This document shows, in pieces, positions 1 through 9,879 of a stretch of DNA of 64,000 bases. The DNA comes from Taibaiella sp. (GTDB lineage: Bacteria > Bacteroidota > Bacteroidia > Chitinophagales > Chitinophagaceae), in the NCBI GenBank assembly GCA_013815385.1, contig JACDGL010000012.1, positions 18,019 to 82,018 of the forward strand, given 5' to 3'. Numbering within the stretch: the first letter of the stretch is position 1; each line of letters begins with the position of its first letter. Both the position numbers and the translations under genes were made by a program. The notes under the pieces are model-generated. The model saw only the letters and a program-made list of their open reading frames with translations. It had not been told where the DNA came from and made no database searches.

Positions 1-1629
1 TAAGTCTATCAGATTCATAGGGTTACTGCGGAAGCCGTAAATATTATTACCGGTAAGATGTACCAATTGGTCATAAAAAAGAGGAATAACAGGGGCATCC
101 TGTATAGCGAGGCTATCCATGTTCCTATAGAGGATATGGCGCTGAACATCGGGGGCGTGCAGGCTTTCCTCATACCATTCATCATAGAAATCATTATGAT
201 ACCGTGTATAATTGGGCGGAGCAGGATAATGGCTGTAAAAAAAGGCGAGGAATGTTTCTGCATCAGGATAATCTGCGAGCCACTGGGCCCTGAAAGCTAC
301 CGACCTGGAGCGGCTCATTTGCTGTTTTAATATAGAAGGCTGCATCACCTCCACATTCATATTTACCCCTATGTCTTTTAATTCTGTAGCTACAAAACTA
401 ACTATATCTGAAAAATTATCGGGCGTCTGTACCGTGATGTCAGGTAAGCCTTTACCACCCGGATAGCCTGCAATTTTTAACAATTCAGAAGCCCTCGCCG
501 GATCATAATTATATCCATAGGCAGCTATGGTATCAAAACCCGGTGTGCCAGGAGGGATAAAGCCGCCGGTAGCAGGCATGCCTATGCCATTCCGGAAATA
601 GGTAATGATCTTTTTACGGTCTATGGCGTAGTTAATAGCGCGGCGTACCAATACATTCTTCAAAGGCGATTGCTTTGCTACAGCTATGCTGCTATCTGTA
701 AGCAAGCCTATATATTCCGTGTTAAGATAAACCCCTTTAGTGATATGGAATTTCGATGCATACTCCCGCTTGAGCACACCATTTTTTTGCAGGAGCAGAT
801 CTTTGAAAGTACGGTCTATACTATTAATGAAGTCTATCTTATGCTGCATGAATAACAGGAACTCAACAGCCTTGGTATCTACAAAAGTTGCCTGTACTGC
901 ATCTACATATGGTAGCTGCCTGTTGTTGCTATCCTTTTCCCAGTAATGGGGGTTTTTGTGAAGCACCAGTACATTTCCTTCATCCCAGTAATAGTATTGA
1001 AAAGGGCCGGTGCCGCATGGATGCCTGCGGTAATCCTTTCCCCAGCGTTCTACTGCTTCGTGCGGCACTATGCTGCAATAGGGCATGCTTAAAATTTCGG
1101 GTAACGGCCTGAAGGGCTTGCTGAGATGTATGGTGAATGTAGTATCATCAATAGCAGTAAATGCATCGCTGGCAGACACCCGTCCATTAAAAATCCACGC
1201 GCCGGGAGACGCTGTAGCAGGAAGGCTAAGGCGCCGGAAACTATAGGCCACATCAGCGGCAGTCATCCGTCTTCCACGGCCATCGGGGAATACTTCATTG
1301 TCCTGGAAATAAATATCATTGCGCAGGTAGAAGGTATAAGAGAGGCCATCATCACTAACTACCCAACGTTTAGCGAGCGATGGCTGCAATGTGCAATGTT
1401 CATCGGTCTCTACTAAAGTATTGTAGACCATGTGCACCGCCCACATAATATAAAGATCTTTAGCATAGGCGGGGTCGAGCGACTCCAGCCCTGTAGACAT
1501 ATTAAGCCTGAATACTGTATGTGGGTTAAGTGTAGTATGCTTATCAACACAACTCGTATGGACAATGGAGATAAGGCAGACCAATAAGAAGGCTGCGAAT
1601 GTGCTGCGATATTTTACCCGGCGAAGCAT
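1..1629 (-). CDS. ABC transporter substrate-binding protein, peptide/nickel (family 5) type; the C-terminus runs off the left window edge
   Basis: Absent from the ORF track because it is open at the edge. Hand translation of the minus strand from ATG 1629..1627 stays open through base 1. It reads MLRRVKYRSTFAAFLLVCLISIVHTSC..NMSTGLESLDPAYAKDLYIMWAVHMVYNTLVE..SLAKRWVVSDDGLSYTFYLRNDIYFQD..HYWEKDSNNRQLPYVD, which is the typical SBP_bac_5 pattern. Confidence 0.8.
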   Translation of the reverse strand, partial: MLRRVKYRSTFAAFLLVCLISIVHTSCVDKHTTLNPHTVFRLNMSTGLESLDPAYAKDLYIMWAVHMVYNTLVETDEHCTLQPSLAKRWVVSDDGLSYTFYLRNDIYFQDNEVFPDGRGRRMTAADVAYSFRRLSLPATASPGAWIFNGRVSASDAFTAIDDTTFTIHLSKPFRPLPEILSMPYCSIVPHEAVERWGKDYRRHPCGTGPFQYYYWDEGNVLVLHKNPHYWEKDSNNRQLPYVDAVQATFVDTKAVEFLLFMQHKIDFINSIDRTFKDLLLQKNGVLKREYASKFHITKGVYLNTEYIGLLTDSSIAVAKQSPLKNVLVRRAINYAIDRKKIITYFRNGIGMPATGGFIPPGTPGFDTIAAYGYNYDPARASELLKIAGYPGGKGLPDITVQTPDNFSDIVSFVATELKDIGVNMNVEVMQPSILKQQMSRSRSVAFRAQWLADYPDAETFLAFFYSHYPAPPNYTRYHNDFYDEWYEESLHAPDVQRHILYRNMDSLAIQDAPVIPLFYDQLVHLTGNNIYGFRSNPMNLIDL

Positions 1630-1698
1630 GATGAGGTAATGCAAAGTAAGATATCCTAAGCAACCTATGTTTTCTACCTTTGCTGATATTTTACTAAA

Positions 1699-2424
1699 AT
1701 GCACGTAAAACTTTCCGTAAATATTAATAAGATAGCAACTCTACGAAACAGCAGGGGAGGTAATAACCCCGATGTGGTTAAGGCCGCTATTGATTGCCAG
1801 CATTTCGGCGCTGATGGCATAACCGTGCATCCAAGGCCTGATGAACGCCATATACGCTATAGCGATGTACGAGAAATCAAGAAGATAATAACAACAGAGT
1901 TCAATATAGAAGGCAACCCGGCTGAAGATAAATTTGTAGACCTGGTAATGGAAGTGCTACCCACGCAAGTGACGTTGGTGCCTGATGTGCCCGGACAGCT
2001 GACATCCAGCGTTGGATGGGATACTATAAGCCAATCAAAATACCTGCGTGGGATAATAGAGGTGTTTAAGAATGCTGGTATCCGGGTATCGATATTTGTG
2101 GACCCCTTAGAAGACATGGTAAATGGCGCAGCAGATACCGGAACTGACAGGATAGAATTATATACAGAAGCATATGCAAAGGAATATGCTACAGGAAATA
2201 AAAAAGCAATAAATGCTTATGTGGCTGCTGCTGCAATAGCTGAAAAAAAAGGTTTAGGCGTGAATGCAGGGCATGACCTGGACCGGTATAACCTGAAATA
2301 CTTTGCACAGCATTTGCCCAACCTGTTGGAAGTATCTATAGGGCATGCGTTGATCACCGATGCGCTTTATTACGGACTGGAGAATACAGTGCAATTATAT
2401 AAGCGGGAGCTAGCAGGAAAGTAG
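1699..2424 (+). CDS. pdxJ: pyridoxine 5'-phosphate synthase
   Basis: 241-aa ORF. LSVNINKIATLRNSRGGNNPD and GITVHPRPDERHI are hallmark PdxJ motifs. Confidence 0.93.
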   Translation: MHVKLSVNINKIATLRNSRGGNNPDVVKAAIDCQHFGADGITVHPRPDERHIRYSDVREIKKIITTEFNIEGNPAEDKFVDLVMEVLPTQVTLVPDVPGQLTSSVGWDTISQSKYLRGIIEVFKNAGIRVSIFVDPLEDMVNGAADTGTDRIELYTEAYAKEYATGNKKAINAYVAAAAIAEKKGLGVNAGHDLDRYNLKYFAQHLPNLLEVSIGHALITDALYYGLENTVQLYKRELAGK

Positions 2425-2596
2425 ATGAGCTAGCAGCATTATCAATATATTAAGCATCGATCTTATGACATTAAGGTTGCATTGATGTGTTAATTATCGT
2501 TACTTTTGTGGAACGATCATCATCATTTAAATAGTATTCTATATCCCTGTGAAATCTTTTAGGTTTCATCACCGTGTATCTTAAAATATCTGATCT

Positions 2597-5500
2597 ATGA
2601 GGGGATATCTATACTCATTGCTTTGTATAGGTTTGGTAATTGCATTGCCGTACAATACCAAAGCACAAATAACAGCTAATTTCAGCGCCAGCACTACTTC
2701 CGGCTGCTCGCCCATTGTTGTCAATTTTACGGATCTAAGTACCGGTACACCTACCGCCTGGTCGTGGGACCTGGGTAATGGCGCAACCTCTACATTGCAA
2801 AATCCATCCACCACCTACACTACTGCAGGCACCTATACCGTAAAGCTTACTGCAAGCAATGCCTCCTATACTAACACTAAAACAGCTACTGCATACATAA
2901 CAGTACTGGCAGCTCCTGCAATTGCGTTTGTAGCCAGCGACACCGCATCTATTTGCGCACCCAAGGCTATAACGTTTACCAACAATACTGTATTAGGCTC
3001 CTCTGGATCCGGCACCTATACATGGGATTTCGGTGACGGTACAAGCTCTTCTTCCACATCGCCCACCCATACCTATACAACAAGCGGTGTATACAATGTA
3101 ACCCTTGTAGCTACCAATAGCAGTGGCTGTAGCAGCACCCTGGTAAAGTCTTCGTACATCCACCTGAACGCAAAGCCCCACGCGGCCTTTGGCGCATCGG
3201 GTGTGAGCGCCTGTAACGCACCATTTACACCCACCTTTTCTAATTCATCCACCGGAGCGGTATCTTATAGCTGGTCTTTTGGAGATGGGGGCTCATCTAC
3301 ATCTACATCGCCTTCGCATACTTATAGCAGTTCCGGTAACTATACGGTCACATTAATAGCCACCAATAGTTCAGGCTGTAACGATACAGCGGTAAGCGTT
3401 AACTATATCAATGTAAATAATTTTCACGCCGCATTTAGCAAAAGCAGTTCTACGGCATGTATAGGCTCTGTTTATACTTTTACCAATACAACTACTGGCG
3501 GTTATAGTGCATCCGCATGGTATTTTGGAGACGGTACCACTTCCACTTCCGCCTCTCCTACTCATTCTTATGCAGCATCAGGTACCTATACCGTAAAGTT
3601 AGTTGTGCAAAACTCTTCGTGTATTGATTCAACTACACAGACTGTAACTATTAATTCAAACCCCACAGTCGCCTTCACTGCGGACACAACCTTTTTTTGT
3701 CACACGCCAGCGACAGTTCATTTTACTAACACCTCTACCGGCGCCACTTCGTATATATGGTCATTTGGTGATACCGCCACTAATCCTTCCTATACGTTCA
3801 GTAGTACCGCTATATATAATATACGCCTCACTGCCATAAGCAGTGCGGGCTGTAGAGATAGTCTATTCAAAGGCGGGTACATACAATTGCAAGCTCTTAC
3901 TTCCTCCATCACAGCATCGCCTGCCGGCGCGTGTTTATCATCGCCAGTATCGTTTACCACCAGTGTATTGTCATCAACCTTATCCTCTTATCAATGGTCA
4001 TTTGGTGATGGAAGCACTAATAATACCTCGCTTACCCCTTCGCATAGTTATACTACAACAGGCACTTACACTGTAACGTTCACTTACCTTACTACAAGTA
4101 ACTGCAGGGATACAGCCACTACTACTGTAATAGTGAGTACAAAGCCAACTGCAGGTTTTTCCGCGCCCACAGGCCCATTTTGCACCGGCACAACTATAAC
4201 CTTTACTAACAGCTCCACAGGCGCGACCTCCTATAAATGGCTATTTGGTGATGGCGCTACCAGCACCGCTACAAGTCCCAACAAATCTTATACCTATTCT
4301 GACAGTTTTTCTATTACCCTGATCGCATCAAATAACGGGTGTAAAGATACCCTTGTAAAGAGCAAGTATATACCCGTAAAAGGGCCAACGAACGCTTTTG
4401 GTGCTACCATAAATTGCGGTAACCGGCTAAACGTAACTTTCCCTGACTCCTCAACAACAGGTATAACATACAACTGGACATTTGGCGACGGAGGAACATC
4501 CACTTCTTATAGTCCATCACATACATATTCTTCTTATGGCGTGGATACCGTGAGGCTCACTGTATCAGACGGTACCTGTAGTGTAACCCGTAGTTTATTG
4601 CTTGACCTTTTCACGATCAGCTCCGGATTTGCGGCTTATGATAGTAACGCCTGCAAAAATTCAAATATCATATTTGCCTCCCCCTTTACCAAGGGCACAA
4701 GTTACTACTGGGATTTTGGAACAGGGAGCAGCTATGCCGCTACTACATCTAAGGATACTGCCCGATACAGTTATACATCAGCAGGTATATATACAACTAA
4801 GCTGATAGTAACTGATATATACGGCTGTAAAGATTCTACCACTAAATCCAATTATGTGCATGTGGGTGGCCCTAACGTAAATCCAACGGTTTCTAACGCC
4901 TGTATTAACAGCCCCGCACAATTTACAGATTCCACCAATGATGGAGGTAATAGCATTACATCAAGGCTTTGGAGCTTTGGTGATGGTACCACCCTGGGAG
5001 GAAATAATAGCTCACCTACACATAGCTACGCAGTGGGAACCTATGATGTAAAACTGATAGTTACAGATACGCTCGGCTGCAAAGACTCCGCAACAAAACC
5101 TGCTTTGATTAATATAACTACACCTTACAGTGATTTTTATACTGCCGATACTTTAGTATGCCCCGGCCATACGGTATCATTTGATAACTATACAAGTGGA
5201 ACTAGTACGTATTTATGGTCGTTTGGCGATGGCGGTACTTCTACCGGCCGTTTCCCATCACATACGTATACCACCTCCGGTATCTATACGGTAAGACTGG
5301 TCTCAACTTCTAGTGGTGGCTGTATTGATACGGTAACGAAAAGCTCTTATATACGAGTGGGTAATCTGAACCTATCATTTACTATGAGCGATTCCTTTGC
5401 AAGCTGCCCCCCCCTAACTGTTAACTTTACCAATCATTCATCAGGAATTACTTCTTATGCATGGACTTTTGGGAATGGTAGTGTTTCCACATTAACCAAC

Positions 5501-8500
5501 CCTTCCACAATATTTACTTATCCTGGTGTATATACTGTAAAGCTGAAAGGCACTATAGCGGCAGGATGCTCTGACTCTATTACTAAAACCGTTACTATAA
5601 ACGGGCCGCGCGGTTCACTGAGCTATTCACCTACAGCGGGCTGTACACCCGTTACAATAAGCTTTTCATCCACAGACACCGGAGCATCGTCTATTACCTG
5701 GGATATGAATAACGGGGTAACATCTACCTCCACAATATCCTCCTCCGGCAGCACTACCTCTACCTATTCGTACACGTTTACCACATCAGGTAAATATGTG
5801 CCATTAATAGTACTGAGTAATGGAGCGGGTTGTAATGTGTACCTACGTGGTGTGGATACCGTGAAGGTGGATAAGATCGTTTCCTCTTTTACCTTTACCC
5901 CCGATAGCATTTGCGGGTCGGGGACGGTACATTTTACAGATACCGCGACCGCACTTTCGGGTATCACTTCACGATCATGGATATTTGGCGATGGCGGCAC
6001 CAGCACCGCGCATAACCCTAACCATATATATACCGCTGCCGGTACTTATACAGTGAAATTTATTGCGGGCTCTGCTAATGGATGCCTTGATACACAAAGC
6101 AAGACTGTAACCATATTTTCATTGCCTCCCGTTAATGCAGGAGCAGATAAATATTCGTGCGCCGGGTCAGGCAGTGTTACGCTTACGGCTACAGGTGCTG
6201 TAAGTTATAGCTGGACACCATCTACAGGCTTATCCTGTACAAATTGTGCGAGCCCGGTAGCAACACCGTCTTCTACAACGTCTTATATTGTTACGGGCAC
6301 AGACAGTCACGGCTGCACGGCAAAGGATACGGTGGTGGTAAATATTTATGGTGTGCCGACAGTATCGGCAGGTGCCGACCGAACTATATGTGCAGGCGGC
6401 AGTACAACATTAGCTGTAACCGGTGCGAGCACTTATGTATGGACACCATCTACAGGATTGTCCTGTACTGCATGCGCAGGACCGGTAGCTAACCCGGCTG
6501 TCACTACTACTTATATAGTTACCGGCACCGATACAAATGGGTGTACTGCCAGAGATACGATAGTTGTAAATGTAAATGCATTGCCTGCCATAAATGCAGG
6601 TGCGGATAAAACTATATGTTCAGGCAGCAGCAGCACATTATCTGCTACTGGCGGCACATCCTACTCCTGGTCACCTGCTACAGGCTTATCTTGTACTACT
6701 TGTGCAAGCCCTACGGCATCTCCTACTGCTACTACTACCTATATAGTTACCGGGGTGGATGCCAATGGATGTACCAATAAGGATACTGTGATCGTGAATG
6801 TAAACGCGTTACCTACTGTAAGTGCAGGGCCTGATAAATCAACCTGCGGCGGAAGCTCTGTATCCCTGACTGCCACCGGAGCAACGAGCTATGTATGGTC
6901 GCCCTCTACCGGCTTATCCTGTACGGCCTGTACAAGCCCTACCGCAACACCCACTGCAACCACCACTTATTATGTAACCGGTACAGATGCTAACGGGTGT
7001 GTGAACAGGGATACGATAATCGTAAACGTGAACCCATTACCGACCGTAAGCGCAGGGCCTGACAAAACTATATGTACAGGCAGCAGCACTACATTAAGCG
7101 TTACAGGGGCTTCTACTTATTCATGGTCGCCGGCAACAGGGCTTTCCTGTACATCATGCGCTAGTCCGGTTGCGTCACCTACAGCCACTACCACTTATTA
7201 TGTTACCGGAACTGATACACACGGATGCACCAACACAGACACAATTATAGTTAAGGTTAATGCCTTACCCTCAGTAAATGCAGGTGCAGATAAGACCATT
7301 TGCAAAGGCAGCAGTACAGGGCTAAGTGCATCCGGCGCTGCTACTTATTCATGGTCGCCTACTACGGGGTTGTCGTGTTCATCCTGCGCAGCACCAACTG
7401 CTTCGCCAACCACTACCACTACTTATATAGTTACTGGTACAGATACAAATAGTTGTGTAAACAGAGATACGGTAGTAGTAAATGTAAATGCACTGCCTAC
7501 CGTAAATGCAGGGCCAGATAAATCTACCTGCGGCGGTACCTCTGTTTCTTTAAGTGTTACCGGTGCTACCTCTTATGTGTGGTCGCCCTCTACCGGACTC
7601 TCCTGCACTGCGTGCTCGAGCCCCACTGCCACACCAACTGTTACCACTACGTATGTAGTAACAGGTACAGATGCGAATGGGTGTGTAAATACAGACACAA
7701 TAATTGTAAGCATCAATTCATTGCCTAGTGTGAATGCCGGACCTGATAAAGTGATCTGTAAAGGTGGCAGCACTACCATAACAGCATCGGGCGCTACTAC
7801 TTATTCATGGTCGCCCGGTACGGGATTGTCCTGCACTGCGTGTACCAGCCCTACTGCATCACCTGCTATAACCACGACCTATGTGCTTACCGGTACTAAT
7901 GCATCTGGTTGCAGTGGTACCGATACGGTAATAGTAAAGGTGAACCCATTGCCCTCAGTAAATGCAGGAGCGGATAAAACTATCTGCACCGGTAGCAGTG
8001 TTACACTTGCTGTTACAGGCGCATCTGCTTACTCCTGGTCGCCAACTACAGGATTGTCGTGTAGTGCATGTGCCGGTCCGGTAGCATCGCCTACGGCTAC
8101 CACATCTTATATAGTTACTGGTACAGATACAAATGGTTGTGTAAATAAGGACACCGTAGTTGTAAATGTAAACGCGAAACCAACTGTAAGCGCAGGCCCT
8201 GATAAGGCTATCTGTGCAGGCAGCTCTACTACCATAACAGCAAGCGGTGCCGCTACCTACAGCTGGAGCCCCGCAACGGGATTATCCTGCACCACCTGCA
8301 CTACACCTACGGTATCTTCTTCTGCTACTACAACTTACATCCTCACCGGTACTGATAGCAATGGTTGTGTAAATACAGCTTCTGTCATTATAACGGTTAA
8401 TCCGCTGCCTGCAGTAAGTGCAGGAGCGCCGCAATCAATCTGTAAAGGAAGCAGTGCCACCCTTGGAGCAACAGGAGCATCCACCTATGTCTGGTCGCCG

Positions 8501-9847
8501 GTAACAGGGCTTTCCTGCACCGCATGCGCAGGGCCGATAGCCAATCCGACTGCTACTACTACTTATTATGTTACAGGTACAGATACACATGGGTGTGTTA
8601 ATAAAGACTCTGTAATTATTACTATAAAACCTTTACCTGTAGTAAGTGCGGGCCCTGACAAAATAATATGCAAAGGATTTAGCGCTACGCTAAAAGCTAC
8701 CGGCGCCAATACCTATGTCTGGTCGCCGGCAACAGGACTTTCCTGCACCGCATGTGACAGTACTATAACCACCCCTGCTGCTGCAACTACATACACGGTA
8801 ACAGGAACCGGCGCGAACGGATGTACTAATACTTCTACTGTAATTGTTACTGTTAATCAATCACCGATTATTGTAGTTACACACGATACTACTATTTGTA
8901 ACGGTGCGCATCTGCAGTTAAATGCCAGTGGCGCGTTGACCTATGTATGGTCGCCTGGTACCAGCTTATCCTGCACGCTATGTCCCGATCCTGTGGCCTC
9001 GCCCACATCAGGGATCACCTATTCTGTTACCGGTACTGATATAAATGGTTGTGTTGGCACCGGCAGTGTAGCGCTTACAGTAATAAACAAAACTGCTACT
9101 ACTGTTGGACCGGGTGATACTGTATGCCAGGGAACACCTAGCCAACTATCTGCCAGCGGCGGTACCACTTATTTGTGGATACCGGCAACCGGGCTCAGCA
9201 ATGCGAATATTGCCAACCCAACGGCTACTCCTGATTCTACCACCACATACGAAGTAGTAATAAAACAGGGAAATTGTTTCGCAGATACAAACAGGGTAAC
9301 TATTGTTGTAAATCCTGTACCTGTACTACAGGCTACAGGCACGCAAACCATTATAGCAGGTAACAGCGCACAGTTGTCTGCATCGGGGAAAAATATTGCT
9401 ACTTATTTATGGTCACCATCTGAAACGCTAAGCTGCGCAGATTGCAGCAGCCCCACTGCCACACCGGGAAAAACAACTAAGTATAACATTATAGTGACAG
9501 CGCCAGGCGGATGTACTGCACAAAGCGATGTAACGGTGACCGTGAAGTGTGATAACAGCCAGTTATTTATTCCCAATACCTTTACGCCAAATGGGGATGG
9601 TATCAATGACCGTTTTTACCCGAGTGGAAAGGGGATAGGAACGATAAAACGTTTCAGTGTATACAACCGCTGGGGAGAATTACTATACCAGGTGGACAAT
9701 ATGCAGATCAATAATCCTGCGCAGGGATGGGATGGACGATTTAATGGCTTACAGCTGAAACCAGATGTGTTTGTTTATATTGTTGATGCAACCTGTGAAT
9801 CGGGAGAACCGCTACAGGTGAAAGGGGATGTATCGATAGTGCGTTAA
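2597..9847 (+). CDS. giant T9SS-secreted cell-surface adhesin: signal peptide, 14 PKD-like repeats, 15 four-Cys repeats, type B (gliding-motility-associated) C-terminal sorting domain
   Basis: 2416-aa ORF with N-terminal signal MRGYLYSLLCIGLVIALPYNTKAQ. W-x-FGDG PKD signatures recur 14 times and Y-x-WSP-x-TGLSC modules recur 15 times. The C-terminus reads FIPNTFTPNGDGINDRFYP...YNRWGELLY...WDG. Confidence 0.9.
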   Translation: MRGYLYSLLCIGLVIALPYNTKAQITANFSASTTSGCSPIVVNFTDLSTGTPTAWSWDLGNGATSTLQNPSTTYTTAGTYTVKLTASNASYTNTKTATAYITVLAAPAIAFVASDTASICAPKAITFTNNTVLGSSGSGTYTWDFGDGTSSSSTSPTHTYTTSGVYNVTLVATNSSGCSSTLVKSSYIHLNAKPHAAFGASGVSACNAPFTPTFSNSSTGAVSYSWSFGDGGSSTSTSPSHTYSSSGNYTVTLIATNSSGCNDTAVSVNYINVNNFHAAFSKSSSTACIGSVYTFTNTTTGGYSASAWYFGDGTTSTSASPTHSYAASGTYTVKLVVQNSSCIDSTTQTVTINSNPTVAFTADTTFFCHTPATVHFTNTSTGATSYIWSFGDTATNPSYTFSSTAIYNIRLTAISSAGCRDSLFKGGYIQLQALTSSITASPAGACLSSPVSFTTSVLSSTLSSYQWSFGDGSTNNTSLTPSHSYTTTGTYTVTFTYLTTSNCRDTATTTVIVSTKPTAGFSAPTGPFCTGTTITFTNSSTGATSYKWLFGDGATSTATSPNKSYTYSDSFSITLIASNNGCKDTLVKSKYIPVKGPTNAFGATINCGNRLNVTFPDSSTTGITYNWTFGDGGTSTSYSPSHTYSSYGVDTVRLTVSDGTCSVTRSLLLDLFTISSGFAAYDSNACKNSNIIFASPFTKGTSYYWDFGTGSSYAATTSKDTARYSYTSAGIYTTKLIVTDIYGCKDSTTKSNYVHVGGPNVNPTVSNACINSPAQFTDSTNDGGNSITSRLWSFGDGTTLGGNNSSPTHSYAVGTYDVKLIVTDTLGCKDSATKPALINITTPYSDFYTADTLVCPGHTVSFDNYTSGTSTYLWSFGDGGTSTGRFPSHTYTTSGIYTVRLVSTSSGGCIDTVTKSSYIRVGNLNLSFTMSDSFASCPPLTVNFTNHSSGITSYAWTFGNGSVSTLTNPSTIFTYPGVYTVKLKGTIAAGCSDSITKTVTINGPRGSLSYSPTAGCTPVTISFSSTDTGASSITWDMNNGVTSTSTISSSGSTTSTYSYTFTTSGKYVPLIVLSNGAGCNVYLRGVDTVKVDKIVSSFTFTPDSICGSGTVHFTDTATALSGITSRSWIFGDGGTSTAHNPNHIYTAAGTYTVKFIAGSANGCLDTQSKTVTIFSLPPVNAGADKYSCAGSGSVTLTATGAVSYSWTPSTGLSCTNCASPVATPSSTTSYIVTGTDSHGCTAKDTVVVNIYGVPTVSAGADRTICAGGSTTLAVTGASTYVWTPSTGLSCTACAGPVANPAVTTTYIVTGTDTNGCTARDTIVVNVNALPAINAGADKTICSGSSSTLSATGGTSYSWSPATGLSCTTCASPTASPTATTTYIVTGVDANGCTNKDTVIVNVNALPTVSAGPDKSTCGGSSVSLTATGATSYVWSPSTGLSCTACTSPTATPTATTTYYVTGTDANGCVNRDTIIVNVNPLPTVSAGPDKTICTGSSTTLSVTGASTYSWSPATGLSCTSCASPVASPTATTTYYVTGTDTHGCTNTDTIIVKVNALPSVNAGADKTICKGSSTGLSASGAATYSWSPTTGLSCSSCAAPTASPTTTTTYIVTGTDTNSCVNRDTVVVNVNALPTVNAGPDKSTCGGTSVSLSVTGATSYVWSPSTGLSCTACSSPTATPTVTTTYVVTGTDANGCVNTDTIIVSINSLPSVNAGPDKVICKGGSTTITASGATTYSWSPGTGLSCTACTSPTASPAITTTYVLTGTNASGCSGTDTVIVKVNPLPSVNAGADKTICTGSSVTLAVTGASAYSWSPTTGLSCSACAGPVASPTATTSYIVTGTDTNGCVNKDTVVVNVNAKPTVSAGPDKAICAGSSTTITASGAATYSWSPATGLSCTTCTTPTVSSSATTTYILTGTDSNGCVNTASVIITVNPLPAVSAGAPQSICKGSSATLGATGASTYVWSPVTGLSCTACAGPIANPTATTTYYVTGTDTHGCVNKDSVIITIKPLPVVSAGPDKIICKGFSATLKATGANTYVWSPATGLSCTACDSTITTPAAATTYTVTGTGANGCTNTSTVIVTVNQSPIIVVTHDTTICNGAHLQLNASGALTYVWSPGTSLSCTLCPDPVASPTSGITYSVTGTDINGCVGTGSVALTVINKTATTVGPGDTVCQGTPSQLSASGGTTYLWIPATGLSNANIANPTATPDSTTTYEVVIKQGNCFADTNRVTIVVNPVPVLQATGTQTIIAGNSAQLSASGKNIATYLWSPSETLSCADCSSPTATPGKTTKYNIIVTAPGGCTAQSDVTVTVKCDNSQLFIPNTFTPNGDGINDRFYPSGKGIGTIKRFSVYNRWGELLYQVDNMQINNPAQGWDGRFNGLQLKPDVFVYIVDATCESGEPLQVKGDVSIVR
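2669..6121 (+). repeat. coding tandem array of 14 PKD-like domains (~82 aa each)
   Basis: The signatures recur, for example YTWDFGDGTSSSSTSPTHTYTTSGVYNVTLVATNSSGC and YSWSFGDGGSSTSTSPSHTYSSSGNYTVTLIATNSSGC. I counted 14 W/Y-x-FG(D/N/T)G cores. Confidence 0.8.
6122..9550 (+). repeat. coding tandem array of 15 copies of a ~228-nt (76-aa) four-cysteine repeat
   Basis: The consensus is LP.V.AG.DK.IC.GSS..L.A.GA..Y.WSP.TGLSC..C..P.A.P...TTY.VTGTD.NGC.N.DT..V.VN. The 3429-nt span divided by 228 gives 15, and some copies are nearly identical at the protein level. Confidence 0.85.
9551..9844 (+). other. T9SS type B C-terminal sorting domain (CHU_C / gliding-motility-associated CTD) of the adhesin
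   Basis: DNSQLFIPNTFTPNGDGINDRFYPSGKGIGTIKRFSVYNRWGELLYQV...GWDGRFNG..VFVYIV matches the remembered TIGR04131-type consensus. Confidence 0.8.
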
Positions 9848-9879
9848 TGAATTCTGTTTTTTTATTTTAAAGGATTTTT

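Noticed and set aside
6122-9550. A regular ~228-nt periodic repeat that could be mistaken for a CRISPR array or non-coding satellite.
   Set aside because: The period is far too long for CRISPR and there are no unique spacers. The whole array is one uninterrupted reading frame with conserved Cys and Trp positions inside a 2416-aa protein.
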